A DNA stretch of 42,037 nucleotides from the IMG/VR virus record IMGVR_UViG_2721755721_000007; one strand, 5' to 3'. The DNA is from a virus (taxonomy: Duplodnaviria; Heunggongvirae; Uroviricota; Caudoviricetes). The translations under genes and the position numbers were made by a program. The notes under the pieces were generated by a model, which had not been told where the DNA came from, ran no database searches, and saw only the letters and a list, made by a program, of their open reading frames with translations. Shown here in pieces: positions 10,622 to 20,037 of this stretch (position 1 is the first letter of the stretch; the number at the start of each line of letters is the position of its first letter).

Positions 10622-13179
10622 CGTCCACCTCCGGAGAACAGGCCACCATCACGCATCTGCGTCTGAATTTCATCACGGGCACCCTTGCGGGCCATGTCAT
10701 ACACCGCCTTCAGAGCAGCCGGACCTATCTGCCCGTTCGTGCCGTCGTTGTTAATCACCACATGGTTATTCTGCTCAAACGTCCCGGACGCCTGCGACCG
10801 GCTGTCTGCCATGCTGCCCGGTGTACCGACATAACCGCCGGTGGCATAGCCGCGCATCAGCCGGTAAAGATTCCCCACGCCAATCCGGCTGGTTGCCTCC
10901 TTCGTGAAGACAAACTCACCACGGTGAACAATCCCCGCTGGCTCATATTTGCCGCCGGTTCCCGTAAATCCTCCGGTTGCAAAATGGAATTTCGCCGCAG
11001 CGGCCTGAATGGCTGTACCGCCTGACGCGGATGCGCCGCCACCAACAGCCCCGCCAATGGCGCTGCCGATACTCCCGACAATCCCCACCATTGCCTGCTT
11101 AAGCAGAATTTCTGTCATCATGGACAGCACGGAACGGGTGAAGCTGCGCCAGTTCTGCTCACTGCCGGTCAGCATCGCCGCCATATTCTGTGCAATACCA
11201 TCAAAGGTCTGCGTGGCTGCACTTTTTACCTGCGACATACTGTCCGTGGCGCTCTCTTCCCACTCACTCCAGCCGGACTTCAGGCCTGCCATCCAGTTCC
11301 CGCGAAGCTGGTCTTCAGCCGCCCAGGTCTTTTTCTGCTCTGACATGATGTTATTCAGCGCCAGCGGATTATCGCCATACTGTTCCTTCAGGCGCTGTTC
11401 CGTGGCTTCCCGTTCTGCCTGCCGGTCAGTCAGCCCCCGGCTTTTCGCATCAATGGCGGCCCGTTTTGCCCGTTGCTGCTGTGCGAATTTATCCGCCTGC
11501 TGCGCCAGCGCGTTCAGGCGCTCCTGATACGTAACCTTGTCGCCAAGTGCAGCCAGCTGGCGTTTGTACTCCAGCGTCTCATCTTTATGCGCCAGCAGGG
11601 ATTTCTCCTGTGCAGACAGCTGGCGACGTTGCGCCGCCTCCTCCAGTACCGCGAACTGACTCTCCGCCTTCCACAAATCCCGGCGCTGCTGGCTGATTTT
11701 CTCATTTGCTCCGGCATGCTTCTCCAGCGTCCGGAGTTCTGCCTGAAGCGTCAGCAGGGCAGCATGAGCACTGTCTTCCTGACGATCGCCCGCAGACACT
11801 TTCACGCCGGACTGTTTCGGCTTTTTCAGCGTCGCTTCATAATCCTTTTTCGCCGCCGCCATCAGCGTGTTGTAATCTGCCTGCAGGATTTTCCCGTCTT
11901 TCAGTGCCTTGTTCAGTTCTTCCTGACGGGCGGTATATTTCTCCAGCGGTGTCTGCAGCCGTTCGTAAGCCTTCTGCGCCTCTTCGGTATATTTCAGCCG
12001 TGACGCTTCGGTATCGCTCTGCTGCTGCGCATTTTTGTCCTGTTGAGTCTGCTGCTCAGCCTTCTTTCGGGCGGCTTCAAGCGCAAGACGGGCCTTTTCA
12101 CGATCATCCCAGTAACGCGCCCGCGCTTCATCGTTAACAAAATAATCATCCTTGCGCAGATTCCAGATGTCGTCTGCTTTCTTAAACGCAGCCTCTGCCT
12201 TAATCAGCATCTCCTGCGCGGTATCAGGACGACCAATATCCAGCACCGCATCCCACATGGATTTGAATGCCCGCGCAGTCCTGTCTGCCCAGGTCTCCAG
12301 CGTGCCCATGTTCTCTTTCAGGCGGCGGGTCTGGTCATCAAACCCTTTCGTTGCGGCCTCGTTCGCCGCCTGCAATGCCCCGGCTTCATCGCCGGAACGC
12401 TGCAACTGAGCAACATACGCAATCTGCTCCGCCGTCACGTTATGGAACTGGCGTGCCATCGCCGTCAGCCCCGACGTCGGGTCTGTGGTCAGCTTCCCGA
12501 AGGCTTCAGCGACCTTGTCCACCTCCACGCCGGATGCAGAGGAGAAACGCGCCACACTCTGGCTGATGGACGCAATCTGAGCCTCACCGCTTACCCCCGC
12601 CTTAACCAGTGCGCTGAGTGACTCGCTGGTCTGGTTAAACGTCAGCCCTGCCGCCTGCCCGGCTCTGGACAGGACCAGCATACGATCTGCCGTCAGACCC
12701 GACTGATGACCGGAAAGGACCAGCGTTTTGTTGAAATCGGACAGGGTTGAGTTGCCCTGATACCAGGCATACGCCAGCGCACCGGTCGCCACCGCCAGCG
12801 AGGTGGCCCCCACCATCGGCAGGGTGATCGCACCGGCAAGCCCCCTGAACATGGGGATCATCCCGCCGAAGGAGTCCTTCACCTGCCCCCCCTGTTGCAG
12901 CAGGATCAGCCACGGACTTTGCCCGCCTGCAAGCTGCGTGGCCACGTCGGTGAACTGTGCAGGCAGCATACGCATGGCGGCTTTATACTGCCCGACGGAA
13001 ATCCCCGCTTTCTGTGCAGCCAGCGCCTGTCGGCTCAGCGACTGTTCAACGACTGCCGCTGTTCTTTTCGCATCACTTTCCGTACCGGAAAAATGACGCC
13101 TGACTCTGGCCATCTGCTCGTCAAATCTGGCCGCATCCAGACTCAAATCAACGACCAGATCGCCTACAGGTTCAGCCAT
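10618..13179 (-). CDS. H: Tail tape measure protein H (853 aa)
   Basis: Length and sequence (MAEPVGDLVVDLSLDAARFDEQMARVRRHFSGTESDAKR...) match lambda gpH; coiled-coil-rich. Confidence 0.9.
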   Translation of the reverse strand: MAEPVGDLVVDLSLDAARFDEQMARVRRHFSGTESDAKRTAAVVEQSLSRQALAAQKAGISVGQYKAAMRMLPAQFTDVATQLAGGQSPWLILLQQGGQVKDSFGGMIPMFRGLAGAITLPMVGATSLAVATGALAYAWYQGNSTLSDFNKTLVLSGHQSGLTADRMLVLSRAGQAAGLTFNQTSESLSALVKAGVSGEAQIASISQSVARFSSASGVEVDKVAEAFGKLTTDPTSGLTAMARQFHNVTAEQIAYVAQLQRSGDEAGALQAANEAATKGFDDQTRRLKENMGTLETWADRTARAFKSMWDAVLDIGRPDTAQEMLIKAEAAFKKADDIWNLRKDDYFVNDEARARYWDDREKARLALEAARKKAEQQTQQDKNAQQQSDTEASRLKYTEEAQKAYERLQTPLEKYTARQEELNKALKDGKILQADYNTLMAAAKKDYEATLKKPKQSGVKVSAGDRQEDSAHAALLTLQAELRTLEKHAGANEKISQQRRDLWKAESQFAVLEEAAQRRQLSAQEKSLLAHKDETLEYKRQLAALGDKVTYQERLNALAQQADKFAQQQRAKRAAIDAKSRGLTDRQAEREATEQRLKEQYGDNPLALNNIMSEQKKTWAAEDQLRGNWMAGLKSGWSEWEESATDSMSQVKSAATQTFDGIAQNMAAMLTGSEQNWRSFTRSVLSMMTEILLKQAMVGIVGSIGSAIGGAVGGGASASGGTAIQAAAAKFHFATGGFTGTGGKYEPAGIVHRGEFVFTKEATSRIGVGNLYRLMRGYATGGYVGTPGSMADSRSQASGTFEQNNHVVINNDGTNGQIGPAALKAVYDMARKGARDEIQTQMRDGGLFSGGGR

Positions 13180-13606
13180 ACCGGACTCCTCCTGCGATCC
13201 CTTCTGATACTGTCATCAGCATTACGTCATCCTCCGTCATGTCCGCCACATCCGGGGAAGCGGGGATAACTTCATTCCCGTCCGGGCCAAAGCGGACACC
13301 TCCGGCAAGCCCTGCCGCTTTCTGCATCAGCACATCATCTTCAGGCTCTTCGTCAGCCTCGCGCCGGTTCAGCAGACTGAAATCCAGCGGATGCATATCC
13401 GGATCGCTGAAAAACAGGCTGAGCACGGTGTACGTCAGCCCGGAAAAGTGCATATCCAGCAGAACATCATGAAAATAATGGGTACTGTAAAAGCGGTGCC
13501 AGTCGGCATACTCCGTGGATGACATCCCGGCAAGCATGGCACGCCAGTCGGGTCGCCCCATCTCACGCGCCAGTTTCAGGGCAAAACTCAGCTCACCGTC
13601 GAACAC
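13172..13606 (-). CDS. T: T frame of the tail assembly chaperone gpGT (made as a G-T fusion by -1 frameshift)
   Basis: ORF in the -1 frame overlapping the 3' end of G; sequence matches the lambda T region. Confidence 0.8.
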   Translation of the reverse strand: MFDGELSFALKLAREMGRPDWRAMLAGMSSTEYADWHRFYSTHYFHDVLLDMHFSGLTYTVLSLFFSDPDMHPLDFSLLNRREADEEPEDDVLMQKAAGLAGGVRFGPDGNEVIPASPDVADMTEDDVMLMTVSEGIAGGVRYG

Positions 13607-14010
13607 TTTCCCGCAGAAACAGGCTCTGCGGGCCCGGCGTCCTCTGCCTGTTCAGGGGCATTATTCACCACAAACTCATACATACCAGACAGCCGGTACA
13701 CCACGTTTTCAGCATGAGAAATTGCCTCTGTGGGCCAGGTGGTAAGCACTTCCTGCTCAATCTGTTTAACGGCTTCATTCATGGAAGGCTGCTTTGTCTT
13801 CTGCGGATGGTTATGCCACAGGGACATCGCCACCAGAAACGCGCCGGTTCTGATGGCGTCTTCCACAGTAAACTTCCGGTTGCTGTCTGACTCCGCCTGT
13901 TCTGCCTGCCGTTTCATCAGGGCGAGATGCTCAATACGCTGCAGGGCTGACAGTTCAGAAAGCGTGACGGTCACACCGTTATGTTCAAATGATTCGGTTT
14001 TCAGGAACAT
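13588..14010 (-). CDS. G: Tail assembly chaperone G (140 aa)
   Basis: MFLKTESFEHNGVTVTLSELSALQRIEHLALMKRQAEQAE... matches lambda gpG. Confidence 0.9.
   Translation of the reverse strand: MFLKTESFEHNGVTVTLSELSALQRIEHLALMKRQAEQAESDSNRKFTVEDAIRTGAFLVAMSLWHNHPQKTKQPSMNEAVKQIEQEVLTTWPTEAISHAENVVYRLSGMYEFVVNNAPEQAEDAGPAEPVSAGKCSTVS
13605..13611 (-). other. Programmed -1 ribosomal frameshift slippery heptamer (G GGA AAG) for gpG/gpGT
   Basis: Plus strand reads ctttccc at 13605-13611, i.e. GGGAAAG on the coding strand, at the G/T overlap as in lambda. Confidence 0.75.
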
Positions 14011-14025
14011 CTCTGACTCTCCGGA

Positions 14026-14796
14026 TTAACTGGCGGTGACGGTGATTTCTGCAACCGCAGCAAACTCACCATTACCGGATACAATCGGAATGTTGACCTT
14101 GCCTGCAGCAACGCCATTCACGGTGATGGTCATACCACTGACCGACACGGTGGCTTTTGTTTTATCCGCTGACACCGCACGGAAGCTCTTGTCGGTTGCG
14201 CCTTCCGGCTGGAATGCCACGGTCAGCGTGGTGCTCTGCCCTTTCACCACCGAAGTGCTGGCAGGCGTCACGGTCATGCCGGTTGCCGCTGTTACCGTGC
14301 TGCGATCTTCTGCCATCGACGGACGTCCCACATTGGTGACCTTCACCGTGCGGGTAATCACTTCCTTCGCCGTCACCGCCTTACCGATACTGCTGACCCA
14401 GCCACGGAACACATCGACCGTGCCGTTCGGGAAGCGGATTTTATAGGCACGGGTATCACCTTCATTAAACCACGCCAGCAGCGCCTGCTGCCCCTGCTCT
14501 CCGGGCATCCACGCCAGCGTGAAGCTGGTATCTCCGGCAGATTTCTGCCCCTGCCCGGTCGCAGTCCAGTCTGCATCTTTATCATCGAGATAGCTGTCGT
14601 CATAGGACTCAGCGGTCAGTTCGCCGGGCGTCAGGTCTTTAACTTTTGCCAGACGCGACCAGTCAACGTCTGAAAGCGGGTTCGCATAAGGGTCACCGCT
14701 CCCCTTATAAACCCACAGGGTGGTCCCGGCACCTTTCACCGGCATTGTAGGATTTGGTACAGGCATAGCGTCCTCACATTTCATAGGTAATGACAT
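14026..14796 (-). CDS. V: Major tail protein V (256 aa), with C-terminal Ig-like domain
   Basis: [49 protein letters not shown]... matches lambda gpV. Confidence 0.9.
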   Translation of the reverse strand: MSLPMKCEDAMPVPNPTMPVKGAGTTLWVYKGSGDPYANPLSDVDWSRLAKVKDLTPGELTAESYDDSYLDDKDADWTATGQGQKSAGDTSFTLAWMPGEQGQQALLAWFNEGDTRAYKIRFPNGTVDVFRGWVSSIGKAVTAKEVITRTVKVTNVGRPSMAEDRSTVTAATGMTVTPASTSVVKGQSTTLTVAFQPEGATDKSFRAVSADKTKATVSVSGMTITVNGVAAGKVNIPIVSGNGEFAAVAEITVTAS

Positions 14797-15169
14797 AAGT
14801 CAGATCGGCTGAACTCCACAGGCCCGCATCATCGTCGCGCCGGTAGTCATAGCCACTGGCCACCATACTGGTGATCAAATCTGACAGTGCCGGGATATCG
14901 CTCATCACCGGATAAATCCGGGACTCCATCCACGCATCCAGCTCTGAATCCGGCACCTGAGCAGGCAGGAAAACTTCAATATGCAGCTCCGCCTGCCAGG
15001 TATCGCTGTCCAGCTCTTCGCCCGTGTATTCAGCGCCGGTGAGATAAACGGCAATTGCCGGAAAATCTTCCTCATCAAAAACAGCGGGGCGACCATCAAA
15101 AAGCGTCGCCCCGGTGTCATGCTTCTCCAGTGCATCCAGTACGGCTGCACGGAGTTCAGTATGTTTCAT
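14774..15169 (-). CDS. U: Tail terminator protein U (131 aa)
   Basis: [51 protein letters not shown]... matches lambda gpU. Confidence 0.9.
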   Translation of the reverse strand: MKHTELRAAVLDALEKHDTGATLFDGRPAVFDEEDFPAIAVYLTGAEYTGEELDSDTWQAELHIEVFLPAQVPDSELDAWMESRIYPVMSDIPALSDLITSMVASGYDYRRDDDAGLWSSADLTYVITYEM

Positions 15170-15744
15170 CGCTTTATTACCATCCTCAGTTGATGCTGCA
15201 GCGCATAGCCCAGCTCTTTCGGAAGACGCTCACGCCGTATCCGCTCAATATTCTGTTTAAACGCCGTGGTCAGCGGCACCGCCATCGGGATTTTCACCAC
15301 ATCAATGGGGTAACGGTTTTTCCCGGCCACACGCTGCATGACATGCCAGCGGCCATGTTTCAGTTGCTGAATAAACGCGCCGGGAATACGACGGTTTCCC
15401 ACCACAAGCACGCTGCCGCCACCTTTCAGGGCTGAACGCTGCCCCTTTTTACGACGCCTGCGTCGGGACAGGACAATCCGCGCGTTACCCAGCTTTATTA
15501 CGGGCAAATCCCCCCGGTTAACCTTGATTCTGGCCTGCGGATTTTTGACCGTGGCCCTTTTCAGCCTGGCCCTTTCCTTTACCAGTTTCCGGCGTACCTT
15601 TGTCTCACGGGCAACCTGTGACGCCGACTGCGATATCGCGGATGAAGCAACGCGGTTAATGGCCATTGCGGCGGCACCGGGCACCGCCGCTCTGCTGATA
15701 CGACTGAGGTTTTCAACGGCCTGCTCAAGACCTTTTATGGCCAT
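15166..15744 (-). CDS. Z: Tail completion protein Z (192 aa)
   Basis: MAIKGLEQAVENLSRISRAAVPGAAAMAINRVASSAISQSASQVARETKVRRKLVKERARLK... matches lambda gpZ. Confidence 0.9.
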   Translation of the reverse strand: MAIKGLEQAVENLSRISRAAVPGAAAMAINRVASSAISQSASQVARETKVRRKLVKERARLKRATVKNPQARIKVNRGDLPVIKLGNARIVLSRRRRRKKGQRSALKGGGSVLVVGNRRIPGAFIQQLKHGRWHVMQRVAGKNRYPIDVVKIPMAVPLTTAFKQNIERIRRERLPKELGYALQHQLRMVIKR

Positions 15745-15755
15745 ACATCCCCCTT

Positions 15756-16109
15756 TCAGCGGCGACGGTTAACGGCAGGCGGTACGCCCCGCCCAAGCCA
15801 GAGATGACAGCTTCCGCCATCATCCGGCGAAATCCGGTCTATCCAGAAGTTTTCCTCACCGATGGTCAGCGTGTCGCCGCGCCGCAGCTGCCGCACATCA
15901 TCAGTCCGGACAAACAGGGACGGGCTGGAGCCTTCAACGCGCACGCCCTGTCCGGCATAGCTGATATTTTCAGGGTCATCAAAAACACCACGTATCACAG
16001 CACCGGACTGCTCACCGGATGTCATGGTGGCTGACGTTCCCATGTACCCGCGTATCGTTTCATCGGCGCGGGCAATGGCAGCATCGAACAGGTTATCGAA
16101 ATCAGCCAC
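15756..16109 (-). CDS. FII: Head-tail joining protein FII (117 aa)
   Basis: MADFDNLFDAAIARADETIRGYMGTSATMTSGEQSGAVIRGVFDDPENISYAGQGVRVEGSSPSLFVRTDDVRQLRRGD... matches lambda gpFII. Confidence 0.9.
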   Translation of the reverse strand: MADFDNLFDAAIARADETIRGYMGTSATMTSGEQSGAVIRGVFDDPENISYAGQGVRVEGSSPSLFVRTDDVRQLRRGDTLTIGEENFWIDRISPDDGGSCHLWLGRGVPPAVNRRR

Positions 16110-16120
16110 AGCGCCTCCCG

Positions 16121-16516
16121 TTATTGCATTCTGGCCAGGCCGCGCTCTGTCATTTCAGCTGACACACCGGCAGAGACACGGAACGCCGTTCCCGGCAGCA
16201 CAAATGCCACAGCCTCATCCCGCGTGGCGTGAAGTGCATCAGTATGCAGCGTCACCAGTGCCACAACCGTGACCAGATCAGCCGTATCAGTCACGGTATC
16301 CGGCTGCGCTGATACAACCTCATTTTCATGTCCGGTCAGCGCATTTTCCGGGCTGACAGATGTGTCCTGACCGGCAGCGTCATCCGTGTCATCAAGCTCC
16401 TCTTCCAGCTCTGCCACACGGAGCACCAGTTCTTCTTTCGTCCCCGTCAGGCTGACATCACGGTTCAGTTGCTCACCCAGCACCTGAAGACGGGCAATCA
16501 GTTCATCTTTCGTCAT
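16121..16516 (-). CDS. FI: DNA-packaging accessory protein FI
   Basis: MTKDELIARLQVLGEQLNRDVSLTGTKEELVLRVAELEEELDDTDD... matches lambda gpFI; the tracked ORF has an upstream extension and I take the MTKDEL start. Confidence 0.85.
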   Translation of the reverse strand: MTKDELIARLQVLGEQLNRDVSLTGTKEELVLRVAELEEELDDTDDAAGQDTSVSPENALTGHENEVVSAQPDTVTDTADLVTVVALVTLHTDALHATRDEAVAFVLPGTAFRVSAGVSAEMTERGLARMQ

Positions 16517-16557
16517 AGACTCCTCCACAGAGAGAAAATGGCCCCGAAGGGCCATGA

Positions 16558-17338
16558 TTACGCCAGTTGTACGGACACGAACGCATCAGGGTCAGCCAGC
16601 AGCATCAGCGGTGCTGACTGAATCATGGTGAACTCACGCGCCGGATCGCCGGTGGTCACCCAGTTTTTCGGGTAGCGGGCAGAGGCGTTAATACCTTCGC
16701 GCTGTGCGTCCGCATCCTGAATGCAGCCATAGGTGCGCAGACCGCGTGCCTGAGAGTTCCCCAGCACCATCGTGTTGTCCGGAAGGAAGTTCTTTTTGAC
16801 GTCGTTTTCCACGTACTGTCCGGAATACACGACGATCGCCGTATCGCCATACATCCCCTTATAGGACACCGCTTCGCCCAGGTCTTTTACCGCTGTCTCC
16901 AGCTCGGAATTAGAGCCGCGACGGGTATCCAGCTTCTCCTTGACGGCTTTGAAGGAACGGAACAGCGCCCAGCCTTTCGGATCAAACACGATGATATTCA
17001 CCACTCCGCTGGCGTTCAGCGCATAGGCTTCGATATCGTCGGTCGGGTCATACGTGGACTTGTCACGCTTGCTCCACTCCGTACCACCGGACTGTGTGAT
17101 GTTGTTCGCCGCACTGCGGCCCATATCCACCTCAACCGGATCGAAGGCTTCACCGGTCATGGTGTATTTGCCCTTAAGCACAGCAGAAACTGCCTGCATC
17201 TCTTCGACCTGAGCAATGGCCAGCTCTTCGTCTCGCATGTTCTGCATGATGATGCGACGGCGGCGGTAAGCCGGGTCCGCCAGATTCTGCGGATCTTCAT
17301 CCGGCAGGCGACGCAGGGTCATCTGCGGATTCACCTCA
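16558..17338 (-). pseudogene. E: 3' fragment of major capsid gene E (lambda gpE residues ~83-341), separated from its 5' part by the island
   Basis: Encodes (E)VNPQMTLRRLPDEDPQNLADPAYRRRRIIMQNMRDEELAIAQVEEM...FVSVQLA, matching lambda gpE from residue 83 to the end; no credible start or RBS (the tracked start is a GTG inside the E frame). Confidence 0.9.
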
Positions 17339-17348
17339 TGCTTCGGCT
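17339..17348. repeat. 10-bp att core / direct repeat TGCTTCGGCT (island right junction)
   Basis: Identical 10-mer at 31235-31244; flanking sequence differs, and E gene sequence resumes exactly at the repeat. Confidence 0.75.
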
Positions 17349-17482
17349 ACATGAGTCAAATATGAAAGGATGTGAATGATTTGATTACGTTTTAGCTATA
17401 GAATTGAAATGGAAAATCCTTGAATGCAATACAACGTGCAATACATGGATGAAAACCATCACTCATTTAACAAGAGGAATCT

Positions 17483-18388
17483 ATGCGCTCACCCAACAGA
17501 ATGCATGAACGCTCAACATTTTATAAGTATATGTCGTTGAATACCGCGAAGATTGTTCTTGATTCATGCAGCCTTAGATGGAGTTCTCCGGTCCTATTTA
17601 ATGACCCTTTTGATGTTCCAAGAGAAGTTATGCCTGGTATTAACGAAATTAATATTGGCAAAGCTTTAGCCCGCAAGTTAATAGCGGAGTTGATTACCCC
17701 CAGAGAAGACATACAAAATTTAAACCCTAGAATTAGAACAATGCTAAGTGATTTCCAAAAGTCATTTCCTTTAGGCATACCCGCAGGATTAATTGAAAGA
17801 TTTCAAGAAATGGTAAACATTCCACCAGTTGGGATTGGCGCTCCTGCGGCAATACAAGAAATGAAAGATGTCTGGCGAGGAATGCTTAATAACAGAAGGA
17901 TTTTGTGTTTATCTGAGAGCCCTATAATCACTCCTATGTGGAATCACTATGCCGATAAATATAAAGGTATAGTTATCGAATTGGATTGTGTAGACTTTCT
18001 GGATAGCGCTTGGTTAATAGCCAAACCTATGAAATACACAGATGAAATGCCTCTAACTCACACTGCTGAAGGGATGGCCGAGTTGCTTTTCATGCCAGAC
18101 AATAAGTCAATTGAATATATCAATAATGAGATAATATTCATAAAAACAGAAGAATGGGCATATGAAAGAGAGTGGAGAATTTCAACCTACGCTAGGCCAA
18201 ATAGCACTGGTCAATATAGCGACTTAAAATTTCACCCTTTTGAGTTAAAATCTGTAATACTTGGTCCTCTTTTTGATGCCAGCGAGTTCGATGAAGTCGC
18301 ATCACTAGTTAAAATGTATCCAAGAGCGAAATTATTTAAAAGTTCATTTGGGAACGACAGAAAAATATCCATAGTACCACTACCTTAA
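17483..18388 (+). CDS. DUF2971-like protein (301 aa), island cargo gene
   Basis: N-terminal motif FYKYMSLNTAKIVLDSCSLRWSSPVLFNDPFD resembles the DUF2971 signature as I recall it. Good RBS (GAGGA 7 nt upstream of ATG). AT-rich relative to neighbours. Function unknown. Confidence 0.6.
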   Translation: MRSPNRMHERSTFYKYMSLNTAKIVLDSCSLRWSSPVLFNDPFDVPREVMPGINEINIGKALARKLIAELITPREDIQNLNPRIRTMLSDFQKSFPLGIPAGLIERFQEMVNIPPVGIGAPAAIQEMKDVWRGMLNNRRILCLSESPIITPMWNHYADKYKGIVIELDCVDFLDSAWLIAKPMKYTDEMPLTHTAEGMAELLFMPDNKSIEYINNEIIFIKTEEWAYEREWRISTYARPNSTGQYSDLKFHPFELKSVILGPLFDASEFDEVASLVKMYPRAKLFKSSFGNDRKISIVPLP

Positions 18389-18418
18389 AAGGTCAAATGC
18401 TTTTGACAAATAAAATCT

Positions 18419-18445
18419 ATCGCCAGTTTTACTGGCGACTTTTAA
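18419..18445. terminator. Bidirectional intrinsic terminator between the convergent DUF2971 and terS-like genes
   Basis: Hairpin CGCCAG-tttta-CTGGCG flanked by A/T-rich runs on both strands. Confidence 0.45.
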
Positions 18446-18494
18446 GCAACAAAGAACCACCTAAGCACTCTTCCTACCTATGGTTTCATTTGTT

Positions 18495-19046
18495 TTAACT
18501 TCGCTGATTATCCTTGATATACCTTTCAGCCATATCTGGAATGTTATCTGAGATCTGGTAAGCTCGAATAAATGCTTTACTGACCTCCATCTTAATGAAG
18601 TCCTGATACCGTTTTTCCATGCCAGGAAACTGTCGACAGATCGCAAGTGGAAGACTATCAATGATTGCTCCAACTTCCCCAGTTAATTTCGACAAGGCAT
18701 AAGTCGCAAATGCAGTGTCAATTACCTCACCTGTTTCGCTGGCATTCTTCAGTTCCTGTGCGTCGGCCTGCGCACGCGTAAGTCGATGGCGTTCGTACTC
18801 AATAGTCCCTGGCTGGAGATCTGTCTCGCTGGCCTGCCGCAGTTCTTCAACTTCCCGGCGCAGCTTTTCGTTCTCAATTTCAGCATCCCTTTCGGCATAC
18901 CATCTTATAACGGCGGCAGAGTCATAAAGCACCTCATTACCCTTGCCACCGCCTCGCAGAACGGGCATTCCCTGTTCCTGCCAGTTCTGAATGGTACGGA
19001 TACTCGCACCGAAAATGTCAGCCAGCTGCTTTTTGTTGACTTCCAT
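18495..19046 (-). CDS. Island terminase small subunit, Nu1-like (183 aa): N-terminal ~100 aa near-identical to the prophage Nu1, C-terminal ~80 aa divergent
   Basis: MEVNKKQLADIFGASIRTIQNWQEQGMPVLRGGGKGNEVLYDSAAV... matches the prophage Nu1 (36879..37424) to about residue 100, then diverges but stays alignable. Confidence 0.85.
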   Translation of the reverse strand: MEVNKKQLADIFGASIRTIQNWQEQGMPVLRGGGKGNEVLYDSAAVIRWYAERDAEIENEKLRREVEELRQASETDLQPGTIEYERHRLTRAQADAQELKNASETGEVIDTAFATYALSKLTGEVGAIIDSLPLAICRQFPGMEKRYQDFIKMEVSKAFIRAYQISDNIPDMAERYIKDNQRS

Positions 19047-19267
19047 TGTTCATTCCACGGACAAAAACAGAGAAAGGAAACGACAGAGGCCAAAAAGCTC
19101 GCTTTCAGCACCTGTCGTTTCCTTTCTTTTCAGGGGGTATTTTAAATAAAAACATTAAGTTACGACGAAGAAGAACGGAAACGCCTTAAACCGGAAAATT
19201 TTCATAAATAGCGAAAATCCGCGCGCCTGACGCCCCGTAGCCTGTCAGATCGCCGGAAAGGACCCGC
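18739..19267. repeat. ~0.53 kb segment near-identical to the prophage nu1 5' half plus cosB (copy of 37117..37643)
   Basis: Aligns base-for-base with 37117..37643 apart from a few substitutions and a divergent cosN block. Confidence 0.85.
19060..19240. other. Island cos site: cosB-like Nu1-binding repeats identical to the prophage, cosN region altered
   Basis: R-site-like GGAAACG repeats as in lambda cosB. At the cosN position (19225-19236) the island reads cgcctgacgccc where the prophage reads aggtcgccgccc (5 of 12 differ). Confidence 0.7.
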
Positions 19268-19291
19268 CAGCCAGAGCGGGCCCTAATTTCA

Positions 19292-19675
19292 TCAACCAAT
19301 CAGCTTATAGCGACCATCCCGTGCATTGCGGCGTACACGCTCAATCTTGAGGCATAGCGCCGCATCTGGCTTTTTTGGGACAGGTACGCGGCAATATTCA
19401 GAAGCGCGAGGAATATTATTTATCCAGTCGATCACTTCACTTAAATACCAGGCCTTACGCCCTTCCGTAACCTGCACACGCTCCGGGAACTCTCCACTAG
19501 CCTCAAGGTTTAGCAGTGTACGCCGACTCAGGGTTGTAATTTCCATCACCTGATTCATATCAACAAGGCGCTCGCTTAAACACATTTTGTCAGCGATAGC
19601 TTTTAATTCCTCTACAGCTGGATTCGGGTACATCATTTCGGCAATTGGCTTAAGGTCATTGTAATCATTTTGCAT
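19292..19675 (-). CDS. AlpA/excisionase-like HTH DNA-binding protein (127 aa)
   Basis: C-terminal half MEITTLSRRTLLNLEASGEFPERVQVTEGRKAWYLSEVIDWI resembles the phage AlpA-family HTH. Confidence 0.55.
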   Translation of the reverse strand: MQNDYNDLKPIAEMMYPNPAVEELKAIADKMCLSERLVDMNQVMEITTLSRRTLLNLEASGEFPERVQVTEGRKAWYLSEVIDWINNIPRASEYCRVPVPKKPDAALCLKIERVRRNARDGRYKLIG

Positions 19676-19686
19676 TGTATCCCCCT

Positions 19687-20028
19687 TTACACACGAGCCA
19701 GCGGCTGAACAGAAATACCTGAGCCAACAAACGCTGCAATCTTTACTGACAGTTCTTTTACAGACTCAGGCCAGTTCAGAGCATCAACATTTAAGACACC
19801 TGTCTTATAGACCTGAGCCTGTGTTTTTTTCGCGGTGTCGATTTGTACAGCGGAAACATAAACCGCTTTACCTACGCTCGAACCATCCCATACCACCAGT
19901 GCACCTGTTGCATCTTCCTGCATCAGTGGCGTAAATGCAGGAATTACCCCTTTATTAGCTGAAAATATCCCCAGCGTAGTCACCAGTGCTTCAGTGCCAG
20001 CCATGAGTTCAGTGTAATGAGTAGCCAT
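19687..20028 (-). CDS. Head decoration protein, lambda gpD homologue (113 aa), island-encoded
   Basis: TPLMQEDATGALVVWDGSSVGKAV... aligns with lambda gp[28 protein letters not shown]; similar length. Confidence 0.7.
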   Translation of the reverse strand: MATHYTELMAGTEALVTTLGIFSANKGVIPAFTPLMQEDATGALVVWDGSSVGKAVYVSAVQIDTAKKTQAQVYKTGVLNVDALNWPESVKELSVKIAAFVGSGISVQPLARV

Positions 20029-20037
20029 TGCTCCCCC

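Noticed and set aside
11009-12621. Multiple 140-190 aa plus-strand ORFs
   Set aside because: Antisense or out-of-frame to the tape measure gene H, which matches lambda gpH over its full length.
17349-17482. tRNA gene as the island's integration target
   Set aside because: No cloverleaf-like sequence was seen at either junction; both junctions lie within capsid gene E coding sequence.
18495-19267. Second cos/nu1 copy as evidence of two tandem lambdoid prophages
   Set aside because: The copy is only ~0.53 kb, is embedded between island-specific genes, and the E gene is split precisely at a 10-bp repeat; an inserted island explains it better than a second prophage.
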